A stretch of 64,000 nucleotides of DNA from positions 7,794 through 71,793 of the forward strand of contig DEBC01000089.1 in the NCBI GenBank assembly GCA_002348365.1, read 5' to 3'. The position numbers were made by a program, and so were the translations under genes. Shown piece after piece: positions 28,178 through 38,537 of the stretch. The notes under the pieces are model-generated. The model saw only the letters and a list, made by a program, of their open reading frames with translations, was not told the origin of the DNA and did no database searches. The first letter of the stretch is position 1; the number at the start of each line of letters is the position of its first letter. The stretch comes from Alphaproteobacteria bacterium UBA2966. GTDB taxonomy: Bacteria; Pseudomonadota; Alphaproteobacteria; UBA2966.

Positions 28178-30502
28178 CTAGCTGCACTTCGAATAGCCGC
28201 ACGACGTGCACGTATCGCAGTTTTCCATTCGGATGACACTCGGCTGGGCACAGCGTGGGCAGGGCCGAAACCCCGGGGTTTCCGAATCACTGCCACCCGC
28301 TGCAGCGGCGAGTTTCAGCTTTTCCACATTGGCGCCGGGTTCGGGCTGCTGGATGAATCCAATTTCGACGAGGTGCTGCTCGATCACTTCGCCGATCGCC
28401 GCGAGCAGGGACGGGATGTAGCGCCCGCCCATCCAGTGACCGCCGCGTGGGTCGAACACCGCCTTCAATTCGTCGACCACGAAGGAGACATCGCCGCCAC
28501 GTCGGAATACGGCGGAGATCATGCGTGTCAGAGCAACGGTCCATGCGTAGTGCTCGGTATTCTTTGAGTTGATGAACACCTCGAACGGTCGACGTCGTCC
28601 GTCCATGACGACGTCATTGATTGTGATGTACATGGCGTGGTCACTTTCCGGCCAGCGAACCTTGTAGGTCGCACCGGGCAAAACCTCGGGCCGGTCGAGC
28701 GGCTTGGTCATGTAGACCACGCCACCGGCTTCGTAAATGTCCTGTGGCCGCGCCTGGGGTTCCTCGAGAGGAAGTTCCACCTGAGTGTCCGTCGCCTCTT
28801 CCTGCGGGCTCGCTTGAAGCACGGCACCGGTGACGTCGTTTGGTCGGTAGGTCGTGCAGCCCTTACATCCCGATTCATAGGCTTCGATGTAAACGTTTTT
28901 GAACGAGTCGAAGGGAATACCTTCCGGGACGTTGATCGTCTTGGAGACCGCCGAATCGATATATTTCTGAACGGCTGCCTGCATACGAACGTGATCAGAT
29001 GGCGTCAGATTCTGGGCATCAACGAAGGCGTCGGTGAGCGGCGCCGTTTCACCGTACTCTTGTCGATAGAGCCGGAAGGCATAGTCGTTGACCTGTTCTT
29101 CCCGTCGGGTCCCATCGGGCATCAGGACATTGCGGGTGTATGAGAAACTGAACACCGGTTCCAGGCCCGATGAAACATTGTTGGCGACAATCGAAATTGT
29201 TCCGGTTGGCGCCACAGAAGTGAGGAGGGCGTTGCGGATTCCCTTCGCGGCGATCGCTTCGCGGACGTCTTCGTCGAGGACGGCGACGCTCTCCGACTCC
29301 AGGTAGCGGTCACGGTCGAACAAAGGAAAAGCGTCTTTTTCTTCTGCCAATTCGGTTGATGCGAGATACGCGGCACGTCGCAGTGCCGCCAACCAGGTTT
29401 CCGTCAAGGCAACGGCACGTTCCCCGCCATACCGGGCGCCACACATGATCAGTGCGTCGGCAAGTCCGGTCACACCCAGACCAATTCGGCGCTTGGCCTT
29501 CGCCTCGTGGTCTTGCTGCGGGAGGGGGAAGCGCGAGCTGTCAATCGCATTGTCGAGCATTCGCACGGCGACCGCGACGAGGTCACTCAGGTCGTCGATG
29601 TCGATCTCCGCTTCCGGGGTGAATGGGGCCTTCACCAGGGCAGCAAGGTTGATCGATCCCAGAAGGCAGGCACCATACGGCGGTAGAGGTTGTTCGCCGC
29701 AGGGATTGGTGGCGCTGATGGTTTCCGTATAGTTGAGATTGTTGGCGCGGTTGATCCGATCGATAAAAATTACGCCTGGTTCTGCAAAGGCATATGTCGC
29801 GCGCATGATCTTGTCCCAGAGCTCGCGCGCCGGCAGGCTCTTGTAGCAGGTTCCGCCGAACTCCAGCTCCCAGGGTCGATCATCCTTCACCGCGGCCATG
29901 AAATCATCAGTGACCAGGACCGATAGATTGAACATGCGCAGGCGGCCCGCATCCCGTTTGGCTTCGATGAAATCTTCAATGTCGGGGTGATCGCAGCGCA
30001 TGGTCGCCATCATGGCGCCACGCCGATGTCCGGCACTCATTATGGTGCGACACATGGCGTCCCAGACGTCCATGAAGGTGAGGGGGCCAGAAGCATCTGC
30101 ACCCACACCTTTGACCGCCGCTCCCTTCGGCCTCAGTGTCGAAAAGTCGTATCCGATGCCGCCGCCCTGCTGCATCGTCAGCGCCGCTTCCTTCAAATTT
30201 TCGAAAATCCCCGACATGTCGTCAGGAATGGTGCCCATTACAAAACAGTTGAACAGCGTGACGTCGCGCTCGGTGCCTGCGCCGGCCAGAATTCGTCCAG
30301 CAGGCAGGAACTTGAATCCCTCCAATGCCGCGTAGAACTTGTCCTGCCAGGTTTCGGGAGTAGCCTCGACTGCAGCCAGGGCGTTGGCCACGCGGCGCCA
30401 CGATTCCTCAAGGGTCTTGTCGAGAGGTGTGCCGTCAGCCGCCTTGAAGCGGTACTTCATGTCCCAGATCTGTTGCGAGATGGGTTCGATAACAGTCGTC
30501 AT
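28178..30502 (-). CDS. nrdJ: adenosylcobalamin-dependent ribonucleoside-diphosphate reductase (class II)
   Basis: Class II RNR signatures ('NPCGEQPLPPYGACLLGSINL'). C-terminal Cys cluster 'CPRCAQPS...CDTCTSCGYSKCS'. Start set at MTTVIEP (30502). TAG stop. Confidence 0.85.
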   Translation of the reverse strand: MTTVIEPISQQIWDMKYRFKAADGTPLDKTLEESWRRVANALAAVEATPETWQDKFYAALEGFKFLPAGRILAGAGTERDVTLFNCFVMGTIPDDMSGIFENLKEAALTMQQGGGIGYDFSTLRPKGAAVKGVGADASGPLTFMDVWDAMCRTIMSAGHRRGAMMATMRCDHPDIEDFIEAKRDAGRLRMFNLSVLVTDDFMAAVKDDRPWELEFGGTCYKSLPARELWDKIMRATYAFAEPGVIFIDRINRANNLNYTETISATNPCGEQPLPPYGACLLGSINLAALVKAPFTPEAEIDIDDLSDLVAVAVRMLDNAIDSSRFPLPQQDHEAKAKRRIGLGVTGLADALIMCGARYGGERAVALTETWLAALRRAAYLASTELAEEKDAFPLFDRDRYLESESVAVLDEDVREAIAAKGIRNALLTSVAPTGTISIVANNVSSGLEPVFSFSYTRNVLMPDGTRREEQVNDYAFRLYRQEYGETAPLTDAFVDAQNLTPSDHVRMQAAVQKYIDSAVSKTINVPEGIPFDSFKNVYIEAYESGCKGCTTYRPNDVTGAVLQASPQEEATDTQVELPLEEPQARPQDIYEAGGVVYMTKPLDRPEVLPGATYKVRWPESDHAMYITINDVVMDGRRRPFEVFINSKNTEHYAWTVALTRMISAVFRRGGDVSFVVDELKAVFDPRGGHWMGGRYIPSLLAAIGEVIEQHLVEIGFIQQPEPGANVEKLKLAAAAGGSDSETPGFRPCPRCAQPSVIRMENCDTCTSCGYSKCS

Positions 30503-30922
30503 CGGGCTTCCCTGAACCTCAGGCCGCGGGTTTGTGCCGACACAAGAGTTTTGCGACCCACACCGGCGCCGTGCGAACAGAGTGGAATGGCACAAACCGA
30601 AAAGATAAATGGCTTGGACGGACGCATCACTGAATGGTCCGATTACCTTAGAAGTGTAGTACCGCGTGGTGCGCTGGTCAAACTTTTGTTCATGTTATGT
30701 TTCCACATCCATTTTGATGCTTAACATATTGATTTAATTCAATATAATATGTTTTCCCGACAATTTAAGTGCCCATATATCCACAAGGGTACAGAAGTAC
30801 ACAATCTATCCGCAGATTTATCAACAGGTTCCAGGTTCGGCTGTTCGAGACATTTCGATCGGTCGTGGATCCGTAAAGACGTTGGATTGGAATTACGGTC
30901 CGCGATCGCTCCGTGTTCTGGA

Positions 30923-31639
30923 CTAATGATGGGCCTCGCTCTCCAAAGCGTCCGTCGCTGTTTCGATTCTGGATTCCAGTTCGTTCAGGAAGGGTTCACG
31001 CTCCAGGCCCGGTTCGATTGGCGGGAGAAACTCAACGATAATCGTGCCGGGCTTGCGCGTCAGCGACCGCCGCGGCCAGAACAGTCCGGAATTGAGTGCG
31101 ACGGGCACGACAGGCAGGTTCAGCCCGCGGTAGAGCGCGACGACACCGGGCTGGTAAGGCTCTCGGGTTCCAGGTGCCGTTCGTGTCCCCTGGGGGAAGA
31201 TTATAATGGGTTGGTTTTGGTGGACTGCCCGTTTTGCGGATCGAATCATCGCCTTCAAGGCGCTTGCACCTCCACCTCTATTGATCGGGATCATGCCCGC
31301 CTTAAGCGAATACCAGCCGTAGAAGGGTAACCACAGCAATTCGCTCTTCATGACCACTGCCGGATCGTCAACTATCACGTGCCAAATCAGGGTGTCCCAG
31401 GCCGACTGATGTTTAGATGCAATGATCGCACATCCACGATCGAGGTGCTCGCGTCCCCGTACTTCAAGCTTGATACCCGCAATCGAGTGTATCAGCCATA
31501 GCACGCCATTGGCCCAGAAGGTTTGACAACGCACCGTGACCTTCCGGTCGAGCATGAGTACCGGTAGACATATGACGAGCATGAACGTCGTCCAGGCATA
31601 GAACGTGGCGTTGAATAGCGACGAGCGGACAGCGATCAC
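30923..31639 (-). CDS. 1-acyl-sn-glycerol-3-phosphate acyltransferase family (lysophospholipid acyltransferase)
   Basis: 'ASKHQSAWDT' HxxxxD acyltransferase motif. 'FPQGTR'. GTG start at 31639 overlapping the upstream TGA (GTGA) chosen over the longer track ORF. Confidence 0.65.
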   Translation of the reverse strand: MIAVRSSLFNATFYAWTTFMLVICLPVLMLDRKVTVRCQTFWANGVLWLIHSIAGIKLEVRGREHLDRGCAIIASKHQSAWDTLIWHVIVDDPAVVMKSELLWLPFYGWYSLKAGMIPINRGGGASALKAMIRSAKRAVHQNQPIIIFPQGTRTAPGTREPYQPGVVALYRGLNLPVVPVALNSGLFWPRRSLTRKPGTIIVEFLPPIEPGLEREPFLNELESRIETATDALESEAHH

Positions 31640-32268
31640 GCGTCCGTGCTCGACCGATCTCTGGAACTGCCCAAGAATGTCATCCAGGCTAGGCTCAGAA
31701 GGTATTTGCTGTACTCCGTGGCGATCAGACTTGTCGTACCCGGCCACCGCCACCATTGGGACAGTTTAACGTGTGCAGGAAATACTGGATGCTCGATCAG
31801 CAGTACACCGGGCATGACACGACGAAATTCCAGAAGGCTGCGAGGCATGTGATATGCGGCCGTCACAACGCGCAGGGACCGGTATCCCTCTTCGGTCGCC
31901 CAGCGCGAGGTTTCGGATGCATTCCCTGCGGTGTTCTCGGCTGCTTTGCCGAGAACCACACAGCATTCGAACATCTCCGGTTCGCGCTTCAGCAAACGCT
32001 GCAACTGGGTGACGGAGGTTAACTGGTGGACGCCGGAGACGAATAGCTTCTTGGCTTTGCCGGCAGCCAGGATGTCGAGACCCGAGGCCAGTCGGTCACT
32101 TCCCCCTGTCAGGACAACAACACCATCGGTAACACTGGTTGGATCCTCAACATCGTGAGGGAGGCCGGTCGCGAACCACATGAAACCGCCCAGCCAGATC
32201 AGGGCGGCAACCACCATGAGAACGGTTGTGGCACGCAGGATCGAGCGACGTCGTTCCCGGGATCTCAT
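31636..32268 (-). CDS. YdcF/DUF218 (ElyC/SanA-like) family protein
   Basis: N-terminal TM helix plus DUF218-like 'DGVVVLTGG...KLFVSGVHQ'. ATGA overlap with the upstream HAD gene. Confidence 0.55.
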   Translation of the reverse strand: MRSRERRRSILRATTVLMVVAALIWLGGFMWFATGLPHDVEDPTSVTDGVVVLTGGSDRLASGLDILAAGKAKKLFVSGVHQLTSVTQLQRLLKREPEMFECCVVLGKAAENTAGNASETSRWATEEGYRSLRVVTAAYHMPRSLLEFRRVMPGVLLIEHPVFPAHVKLSQWWRWPGTTSLIATEYSKYLLSLAWMTFLGSSRDRSSTDA

Positions 32269-32810
32269 GGATCGTTCCCTAACAGCATGTCCACGGCGCC
32301 TCGTAGATTCTCGTAAACCGCGACGGGCAGGATATCCGGGGCCAGACCATCCGCTTGAGTGGCAGCGCCGTTTCCGGTTCTTACCAGGATGCGCCGGCAT
32401 CCGGCTGATGCAGCAGCCTGGAGGTCACGCAGCGAATCACCAATCATTGGAGTTTCGTCTGCGACACTACGGAACTGCGACATGGCTTCGCGCAGCATCC
32501 CTGCACCAGGCTTGCGCCGATCCGTGGCTGCCCACGGAGGATCGGTGCAGGCGTAGATTTCGTCGAGGTGCCCACCTTCTTTTGCGAGTTCGGTGCGCAA
32601 TGCGTCGTGAATGCGGTCGAGCATGTCCTGCGGGATTATGCCGCGCCCGACGACGGACTGATTGGTGATGAGGACGACCCGATGTCCGGCGCCATTCAGG
32701 TCAGCAACCGCCTTGGCTGAACCCTCAATCATAACCAGTTCGCCCGGATTCTTGACGAAATCTCCACGTTCTTCGTTGAGAACGCCGTCGCGATCGAGCA
32801 GCACGAGCAT
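32265..32810 (-). CDS. HAD-IIIA hydrolase, D,D-heptose 1,7-bisphosphate phosphatase-like
   Basis: 'MLVLLDRDGVLN' DxDGT motif I. HAD-IIIA histidinol-phosphatase-like order of motifs. 181 aa. Confidence 0.65.
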   Translation of the reverse strand: MLVLLDRDGVLNEERGDFVKNPGELVMIEGSAKAVADLNGAGHRVVLITNQSVVGRGIIPQDMLDRIHDALRTELAKEGGHLDEIYACTDPPWAATDRRKPGAGMLREAMSQFRSVADETPMIGDSLRDLQAAASAGCRRILVRTGNGAATQADGLAPDILPVAVYENLRGAVDMLLGNDP

Positions 32811-32834
32811 TGTCTTCTCCGCGAAGATTCCGTT

Positions 32835-33722
32835 TTACAGCATGCGCGAGAGATAGCGCATTACGGTAAAGCGAGCCGTGATTGACGCGATAACGGCGCC
32901 CGCCAGTGGCAACATGGCGAGACCGGCAACGAAAGGCGGGCTCCACCGAACTGCCGGTAACAGTGAGCCTTCGAGATCGCGGGCCAGGAGCCAAAGTCCC
33001 AGAACCGTGACGCCAGCGAGAAACAGCCCGAGCAGTCCACCCCATAAAGCAAGGGACACCGCTTTGCCCTGAAATTGTCGAGCGATGTACGTATCCCGGG
33101 CGCCAATGAGGTGGAGAATCTCGATCACGTCGCGCTGCACAGCGAGCCCTGTTCGTGTGGCAAACATCACGGTGGCTCCGGCCGCCACTGCAATCAGTAG
33201 CACCACGAAAATGGCAATCAGTTCGGAAGTTCGTGCGAGACGCAGAACTTTTTGCAGCCAGATTTTATGATCATCGATCTGGGTACCTGGCACGGCGGTC
33301 TCTAACTGGCGGGTCAAAGCTGCCAAATCGATGGCGCTGTTCGGCTCGAGCGTCACGTCAATGAGGCGTGGGATGGGCAAATCCAGAGAAAGCAAGTCTT
33401 TGCCCAACCAGGGCTCGATCAGGTGCGCAACTTCGTCCGGCGCCAGGGGTGTCGCTGACAATACGCCAGGCGTCGTGAGAATGACGCTCAGTGCAGCTTC
33501 GATTCGTGCGTCGGTCTCCGCATCGCCGCCGTCGACAGAAGGGTCGACGACAATGGTGATAGACCCCTTGAGACCTGTACTCCAGCGATCGATGACTTGC
33601 TCCAGGACCATGGTGGCGGATAGAGCCAATCCGGCGAGGTAGACCATGAGGCCGATGATCCAGGGAAGGAATCGGCTGGTGCCATCCCGATTGGGAGCGA
33701 GATCGACGCGTCGGGCGAACAT
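32835..33722 (-). CDS. ftsX: cell division ABC transporter permease FtsX
   Basis: 4-TM FtsX-like permease with a large periplasmic loop. Immediately downstream of ftsE. Confidence 0.75.
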   Translation of the reverse strand: MFARRVDLAPNRDGTSRFLPWIIGLMVYLAGLALSATMVLEQVIDRWSTGLKGSITIVVDPSVDGGDAETDARIEAALSVILTTPGVLSATPLAPDEVAHLIEPWLGKDLLSLDLPIPRLIDVTLEPNSAIDLAALTRQLETAVPGTQIDDHKIWLQKVLRLARTSELIAIFVVLLIAVAAGATVMFATRTGLAVQRDVIEILHLIGARDTYIARQFQGKAVSLALWGGLLGLFLAGVTVLGLWLLARDLEGSLLPAVRWSPPFVAGLAMLPLAGAVIASITARFTVMRYLSRML

Positions 33723-34439
33723 CTACTTCTTGCCTTTCGTGACATCCCAGCGAACCGAAAGGGTCCCCTTTTCAATGCGGAGTACGGGATGCTGATAGCG
33801 CTCGATGATGCTGCGGTCATGCGTCGCCAGAACGACGGTCGTACCGATCTTGTTGAGTTCCTCGAACAACCGGAGAATGCGGCTGCCCTGTTCCTGATCG
33901 ACGCTGCCGGTCGGTTCATCGGCAAGTAGCAGGCTGGGCCGGTTGATGACTGCACGTGCGATGGCCACCCGTTGCTTCTCTCCGTCGGAAAGTGTGCGGG
34001 GATGTGCGTCGAGGTGCTCGCCCAACCCGACCCAGGTCAGGAGCTCCGCGACGTGTTCCTGAATCGTCTCTCTGCGGGCCCCGGCGATTCGTAGCGGCAG
34101 CGCCACATTGTCCAGGGTCGAAAGGTGGTCAAGAAGCTGGAAGTTCTGGAAAACGACGCCGATCCGGCGGCGCAGATTTGGCAGCTCCTCGCGAGGAGTT
34201 GTTGCCACGTCATGATTGAAAATCGACACGCTGCCGTGCGACGGCTGGTGTGCCAGGTACATCAAGCGCAGCAGGGAGGACTTTCCAGCGCCGCTCGGCC
34301 CCGTCAAAAAATGATAGGAACCGGGTTCCAGATGAAAGGTGATGTCGCGCAACACTTCGGGTTCATCCCCGTAGCGCATACCGACATTCTCGAAACGGAC
34401 CAAATGGTTCGCTCCCTCAAATTCGAACATATCCGGCAA
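33723..34439 (-). CDS. ftsE: cell division ATP-binding protein FtsE
   Basis: Walker A 'GPSGAGKSS', ABC signature 'LSDGEKQRVAIARA', Walker B 'LLLADEPTG'. Confidence 0.85.
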   Translation of the reverse strand: MPDMFEFEGANHLVRFENVGMRYGDEPEVLRDITFHLEPGSYHFLTGPSGAGKSSLLRLMYLAHQPSHGSVSIFNHDVATTPREELPNLRRRIGVVFQNFQLLDHLSTLDNVALPLRIAGARRETIQEHVAELLTWVGLGEHLDAHPRTLSDGEKQRVAIARAVINRPSLLLADEPTGSVDQEQGSRILRLFEELNKIGTTVVLATHDRSIIERYQHPVLRIEKGTLSVRWDVTKGKK

Positions 34440-34559
34440 TCAGCCAGAAAGTTAAGGATTCCATAGGGCTAACTCGGCGTCCAGTCGTGTCCGGGCAGCC
34501 TTGCTTGGTAATTCGCAAACGCATATAACGTAACTATTCCGGGGCTGCGGGATTGTGGA

Positions 34560-35360
34560 ATGATACTCACCTGCCCCTCGTGTGAGGCGCGCTTTAACAT
34601 TAAACCCGAGGCCTTGCTGCCGAACGGTCGGTCCGTTCGCTGTAGCAAGTGCGCGCACACATGGAAAGAACTCCCCCCTCAGGACATGCCCAAGCGCGTG
34701 GTCGAGGAAGAGCCGGAACCCGTCATCCCGATTCCTGATAACTTCGACAGCGATCCTGACTACGAGGACGTGCGCGAAGAGACCGTCTCGGATGAAGCGG
34801 AAGAAATCGAAGTCCCGAGCATCGAGAGCATCGAAGCGGACGCACCGAGCGAAGATGACTTCGAACTGCCCGCCTTTGCCCCGCGAACGCGTACCCGGCG
34901 CCAACAGCGCCAGGCCAAGAGCCGTGGCCCGATCTTCATGTGGGTGGGGATCGTGGCGGTGTTCGGCATTATATTTGGTGGCGGCTTTTTCGGTCGGGCC
35001 GCCATCATCGACGTCTGGCCGCCGGCGTCCATGCTTTACGGCATGGTGGGACTCGGACAGGAGCCTGGATACGGCCTCGAACTACGCAATGTTTCTCCTG
35101 CGCAGGAACGCGAGGGAGATACCGTGGTTCTGGTCATTAGCGGCGAAATCACCAACACGACGTCTCGCCCGCGGCCGGTACCCAAGCTCCAGGGCAAACT
35201 ACTGGACGCAAGTGAAAACGAAATCCACAGCTGGACTTTCTCAATGGCCGTGGACCAGCTTGCACCGGGCGAGTCGGGCTCATTCAACACGCGGGTACCG
35301 AACCCGCCCGAAGGGGCAAGTGGATTGGCAGTGACGTTCGTCGAAGGTCAGGAAGGCTGA
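34560..35360 (+). CDS. MJ0042-type zinc-ribbon / DUF3426 domain protein
   Basis: 'MILTCPSCEARFNIKPEALLPNGRSVRCSKCAHTW' zinc ribbon. Acidic linker, one TM helix, C-terminal DUF3426-like region. Confidence 0.6.
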   Translation: MILTCPSCEARFNIKPEALLPNGRSVRCSKCAHTWKELPPQDMPKRVVEEEPEPVIPIPDNFDSDPDYEDVREETVSDEAEEIEVPSIESIEADAPSEDDFELPAFAPRTRTRRQQRQAKSRGPIFMWVGIVAVFGIIFGGGFFGRAAIIDVWPPASMLYGMVGLGQEPGYGLELRNVSPAQEREGDTVVLVISGEITNTTSRPRPVPKLQGKLLDASENEIHSWTFSMAVDQLAPGESGSFNTRVPNPPEGASGLAVTFVEGQEG

Positions 35361-35413
35361 ATCGCCTCCATGAGACTTTCATCTCGGGCGTTTCGCCTCA
35401 GGACACATTCCCA

Positions 35414-35977
35414 GTGACGACAGAATCTGGATCGGCGGTGCCCTACGGGGACGTGCGCACCCTTTTCTCTGAGGCGGAGATCTCGACGCGAGTTGATGAG
35501 ATTGCGCGGGACATCAGCGCCCAGAGCACCGCGGATATTCTCGTGGTCGCTATTCTCAAAGGTAGCTTCGTTTTCACAGCAGATCTGATTCGCGCCCTCC
35601 ACCGCGCGGGCGTTCGGCCCCAGATCGATTTCATGCAGTTGGCGAGTTATGGGACCGGCACTGAAAGCCAGGGGCAAGTGGAGATCATTCGCGATCTCAC
35701 CGACCCGGTAGAGGGACGTGATGTCCTGATCGTCGACGATATTCTGGATTCCGGTCGCACGCTCGCTTTCGCGCGTGAGCAATTGCTGTATGGCGGCGCC
35801 CGCCGTGTGCAACTCTGTGTATTGCTCAACAAGCAGGCTCGAAGGGTCCAGGAGGTTGAAGCGGATTTCGTCGGTTTCGAGTGTCCGGATGAATTCGTCG
35901 TGGGCTACGGCCTCGATCATGCCCATTTTTATCGCGAGCTTCCCTACATCGGCGTCCTCGACAATCCCACGCCGTAG
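35414..35977 (+). CDS. hpt: hypoxanthine phosphoribosyltransferase
   Basis: PRPP-binding 'VLIVDDILDSGRTL'. Hpt-type N-terminal region 'VVAILKGSFVFTADL'. 187 aa. Confidence 0.85.
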   Translation: MTTESGSAVPYGDVRTLFSEAEISTRVDEIARDISAQSTADILVVAILKGSFVFTADLIRALHRAGVRPQIDFMQLASYGTGTESQGQVEIIRDLTDPVEGRDVLIVDDILDSGRTLAFAREQLLYGGARRVQLCVLLNKQARRVQEVEADFVGFECPDEFVVGYGLDHAHFYRELPYIGVLDNPTP

Positions 35978-36062
35978 TCATCCGCAGATTATTGCTCTGC
36001 TGTCTTGATCCGTTCCACGCGCCAAGATCGTGGCGCGCGGCGTGATGAACATGGGAAACAGC

Positions 36063-38537
36063 TCAGAAGCGGCGCAGCAAGCGATCAATATATTCGAGTT
36101 CGGGCTGCGGACGGGTGCGCTGACTGGCCCGCCGGTGCAACTCGTCCAGGATCTCCTTCGCTTTCTGCAGTGATGCCTTGTCGGGCACCTTGACATCGTC
36201 ACCGGTGTCGATGCCGGCGCCCTGCATGGGCCGTCCCAGGGGATCGACGTCATCGTCGCCTGTGCCCGGACCTTCCTCCATGCCGATATCGCTCAGCATC
36301 TGCTGCATGATGGCGCCCGCACCCGCGCGCAAGTGTTCCAGGGCATTCGTCTGTGGGCCAATCGCCTGATCGTTGCGATTGCGCGACAATGCCTCGCGTG
36401 CGTCCCGCATCGAAAGCTCACCTTCGCCGAGCGCCTCGGGAATGTCGCCGGAATTCTCACCCAGGCGCCGCATGATTTCGCCGAGCATGCGGCGCAACGC
36501 CTCTTGCATGCCGGCATCCGCCGTTGCGTCGGGTGGTTGCTGCCCTTGTTGTCCGCGTTGGCCCTGGTGCCCCTGCTGGCCTTGTTGGGCACGCCGGAAG
36601 CTGCGATCCAGGAGCTGCTGCTGACGTATCATCAACTCACCGAGATCGCGCAGATTCCGTTGTCCGCGACGCTGGGCCTCCCGCTGCTGAGAAGACATCA
36701 CTCCGGCACGGAGGTTCTCCAGAATACTTCGCAGCTGCGACAACAGTTCCCGGGCCGCATCCTTTGAACCCATGCGGCTCAGCTCTCGGGCTCGGTCGAG
36801 CAGACGCTGAAGGTCGTCGCGACTCAGGGCGAGGATGTCGTTCTCGATGGCCTGTAGGCCTGCTGTATCCTCCGCGGTCTGCATTGCCTGCTCGGCCAGG
36901 GCCTGCAGGAAACGATCGAGCGCCTCCTGCAGCTCGTTCATGAGCCGTTCGATCTCGTGTGGGGGCGCGTTGCGGGCCAGCGCTTCCAACAGCGCCTGCT
37001 CCAACATGCGGACCTCGCGTTCAGCGATGGAAAGCGCTCCGTCTTCGATGCGCAAGGCTGTGTCCCACAACATCTGGCGAACATCGTCCATCACGGCGTC
37101 TTCACCGCTTCGCTCCAGACGCCGCCGCGCCGAATTCATGGTCAGGAATGACGTGTAGTCGTCGTAATACTCTTCGGGTAACGCCGCGATGGCACCGATG
37201 GCGCGGGCGATGTCCTCGCGAGCTTCGGGCTCAACCGCAAGCCTCTTGCGCTGTTCGATGATGGCGCGGGCCACAGGGTGACTGAAATCGCGTTGTGGCA
37301 ACGTGATTTCAAACTCCTCACTGAACCCTCGTTGATTGATTTGATCTTCCGCGCGAAGACGCACCCGGGCCGGCAAGCCCGCCCAGGCATGCGGCGTCAA
37401 ATCCTGGAAGACCGTATCGTTCGCGGTCTTCACATTGGGTCCGGCAAGGATCATTTCTATTTCATACAACTCATCGGTCTCGGACAGACGGATTTCCAGG
37501 TGCACATCGGCGAGCCCGTAATCATCTCCGGCGCTATAGTCGATGCGTAGCGCCGAGCGCTGAGTTTCCACGGGGATTTCATTGAATGCGATCGTCGGTG
37601 GCCGGTCGGGAACGATGTCTAGCTTCCACACGCCGAGGGGCTCGTCCATCTGCTGGATTACGAGGCGGCGCGCGGTCTCGATATTGGTTCGAAGCTCGAA
37701 CACATCACCGTCGACCAATGCGAAAGGAACGGACCGCCCGTCGAGATGCACTGTTGGCAATCCTTTGCCACCGTTCACCTTCGCGAGGAGTTCGCTGCCC
37801 GCCGGCACCTGAATGGTTTCGATGATTTGCGATACTTGCATGGTCTCATCGGAGTCGGCCTCGGACAGTGTCAATGTTTCCCGCTGTTTGAGCAGGATGG
37901 GCGGCAACTGCGTGTAGGCCGGTGGTGCGATCCAGGCTTCGACGATCGCGGGTGCCACGCGTTCGCCGGCGAAGCTTGGAGCTACGCCCGATACGATGCG
38001 GTCCCAGGACTCACCGCCCGCCACCGAAAATCCGATGAAGAGAAGCAACCCGACCGCCGCCCGAATCGCTCGCGTATCGAACCGCGCGAGGCCGGGACTG
38101 GGGAGACCAATTCTCAATCGGCGAATACTGGCAAGTGCTCGGCGGCGGTGGAGTCGCCACAATTCCCGTGTCCCCTCGTCGGTTCCGGCTGTTGCGAGGG
38201 AATCGTTCAGGGTCGTGAGCGGACGATGCAGGAGCCCACTATGCCTTTCGAGGCGACGGCGCGCGTCTTCCTGATCTGGTGGCAAGAGCCTGGAGAGGCC
38301 ATGCCAGAGAGCGACACCAAAGGCGGCAACGAAAATCAGGAGCCCCGTGACGTGGATCCAACCGGACAGGACAGTCCAGGTGTCGAGGAGTGACAGCGCA
38401 ATGAACAATCCGCAAACGCCCGTCGCAGGCCAGAGAGCTGGCCAGAGGCGTTCCCAGAAGAGTGCGACGCGCGCGACAACCAGTTTGCGGCCCAGTGCCT
38501 TGACAATCGTCGATGCGCGAATCTCACGAGATTTCAT
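36063..38537 (-). CDS. DUF4175 / TIGR02302 family membrane protein
   Basis: 824 aa. N-terminal TM helices, long coiled-coil/low-complexity Q-G repeat region. Conserved position next to lysA in Hyphomicrobiales. ATGA overlap with lysA. Confidence 0.5.
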   Translation of the reverse strand: MKSREIRASTIVKALGRKLVVARVALFWERLWPALWPATGVCGLFIALSLLDTWTVLSGWIHVTGLLIFVAAFGVALWHGLSRLLPPDQEDARRRLERHSGLLHRPLTTLNDSLATAGTDEGTRELWRLHRRRALASIRRLRIGLPSPGLARFDTRAIRAAVGLLLFIGFSVAGGESWDRIVSGVAPSFAGERVAPAIVEAWIAPPAYTQLPPILLKQRETLTLSEADSDETMQVSQIIETIQVPAGSELLAKVNGGKGLPTVHLDGRSVPFALVDGDVFELRTNIETARRLVIQQMDEPLGVWKLDIVPDRPPTIAFNEIPVETQRSALRIDYSAGDDYGLADVHLEIRLSETDELYEIEMILAGPNVKTANDTVFQDLTPHAWAGLPARVRLRAEDQINQRGFSEEFEITLPQRDFSHPVARAIIEQRKRLAVEPEAREDIARAIGAIAALPEEYYDDYTSFLTMNSARRRLERSGEDAVMDDVRQMLWDTALRIEDGALSIAEREVRMLEQALLEALARNAPPHEIERLMNELQEALDRFLQALAEQAMQTAEDTAGLQAIENDILALSRDDLQRLLDRARELSRMGSKDAARELLSQLRSILENLRAGVMSSQQREAQRRGQRNLRDLGELMIRQQQLLDRSFRRAQQGQQGHQGQRGQQGQQPPDATADAGMQEALRRMLGEIMRRLGENSGDIPEALGEGELSMRDAREALSRNRNDQAIGPQTNALEHLRAGAGAIMQQMLSDIGMEEGPGTGDDDVDPLGRPMQGAGIDTGDDVKVPDKASLQKAKEILDELHRRASQRTRPQPELEYIDRLLRRF

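Noticed and set aside
30503-30760. Cobalamin riboswitch upstream of nrdJ
   Set aside because: No B12-box-like 'GCCACTG' core on the coding strand. NrdJ itself is B12-dependent and is not usually riboswitch-repressed.
30700-30800. NrdR boxes in the nrdJ promoter
   Set aside because: Candidate 16-mers match only the central ATATAT core of the NrdR consensus, not the ACAC/GTGT arms.
36835-37158. Several 60-140 aa ORFs inside and antisense to the DUF4175 gene
   Set aside because: All are nested within the 824-aa ORF on either strand, with Arg/Ser/Ala-rich shadow-frame composition.
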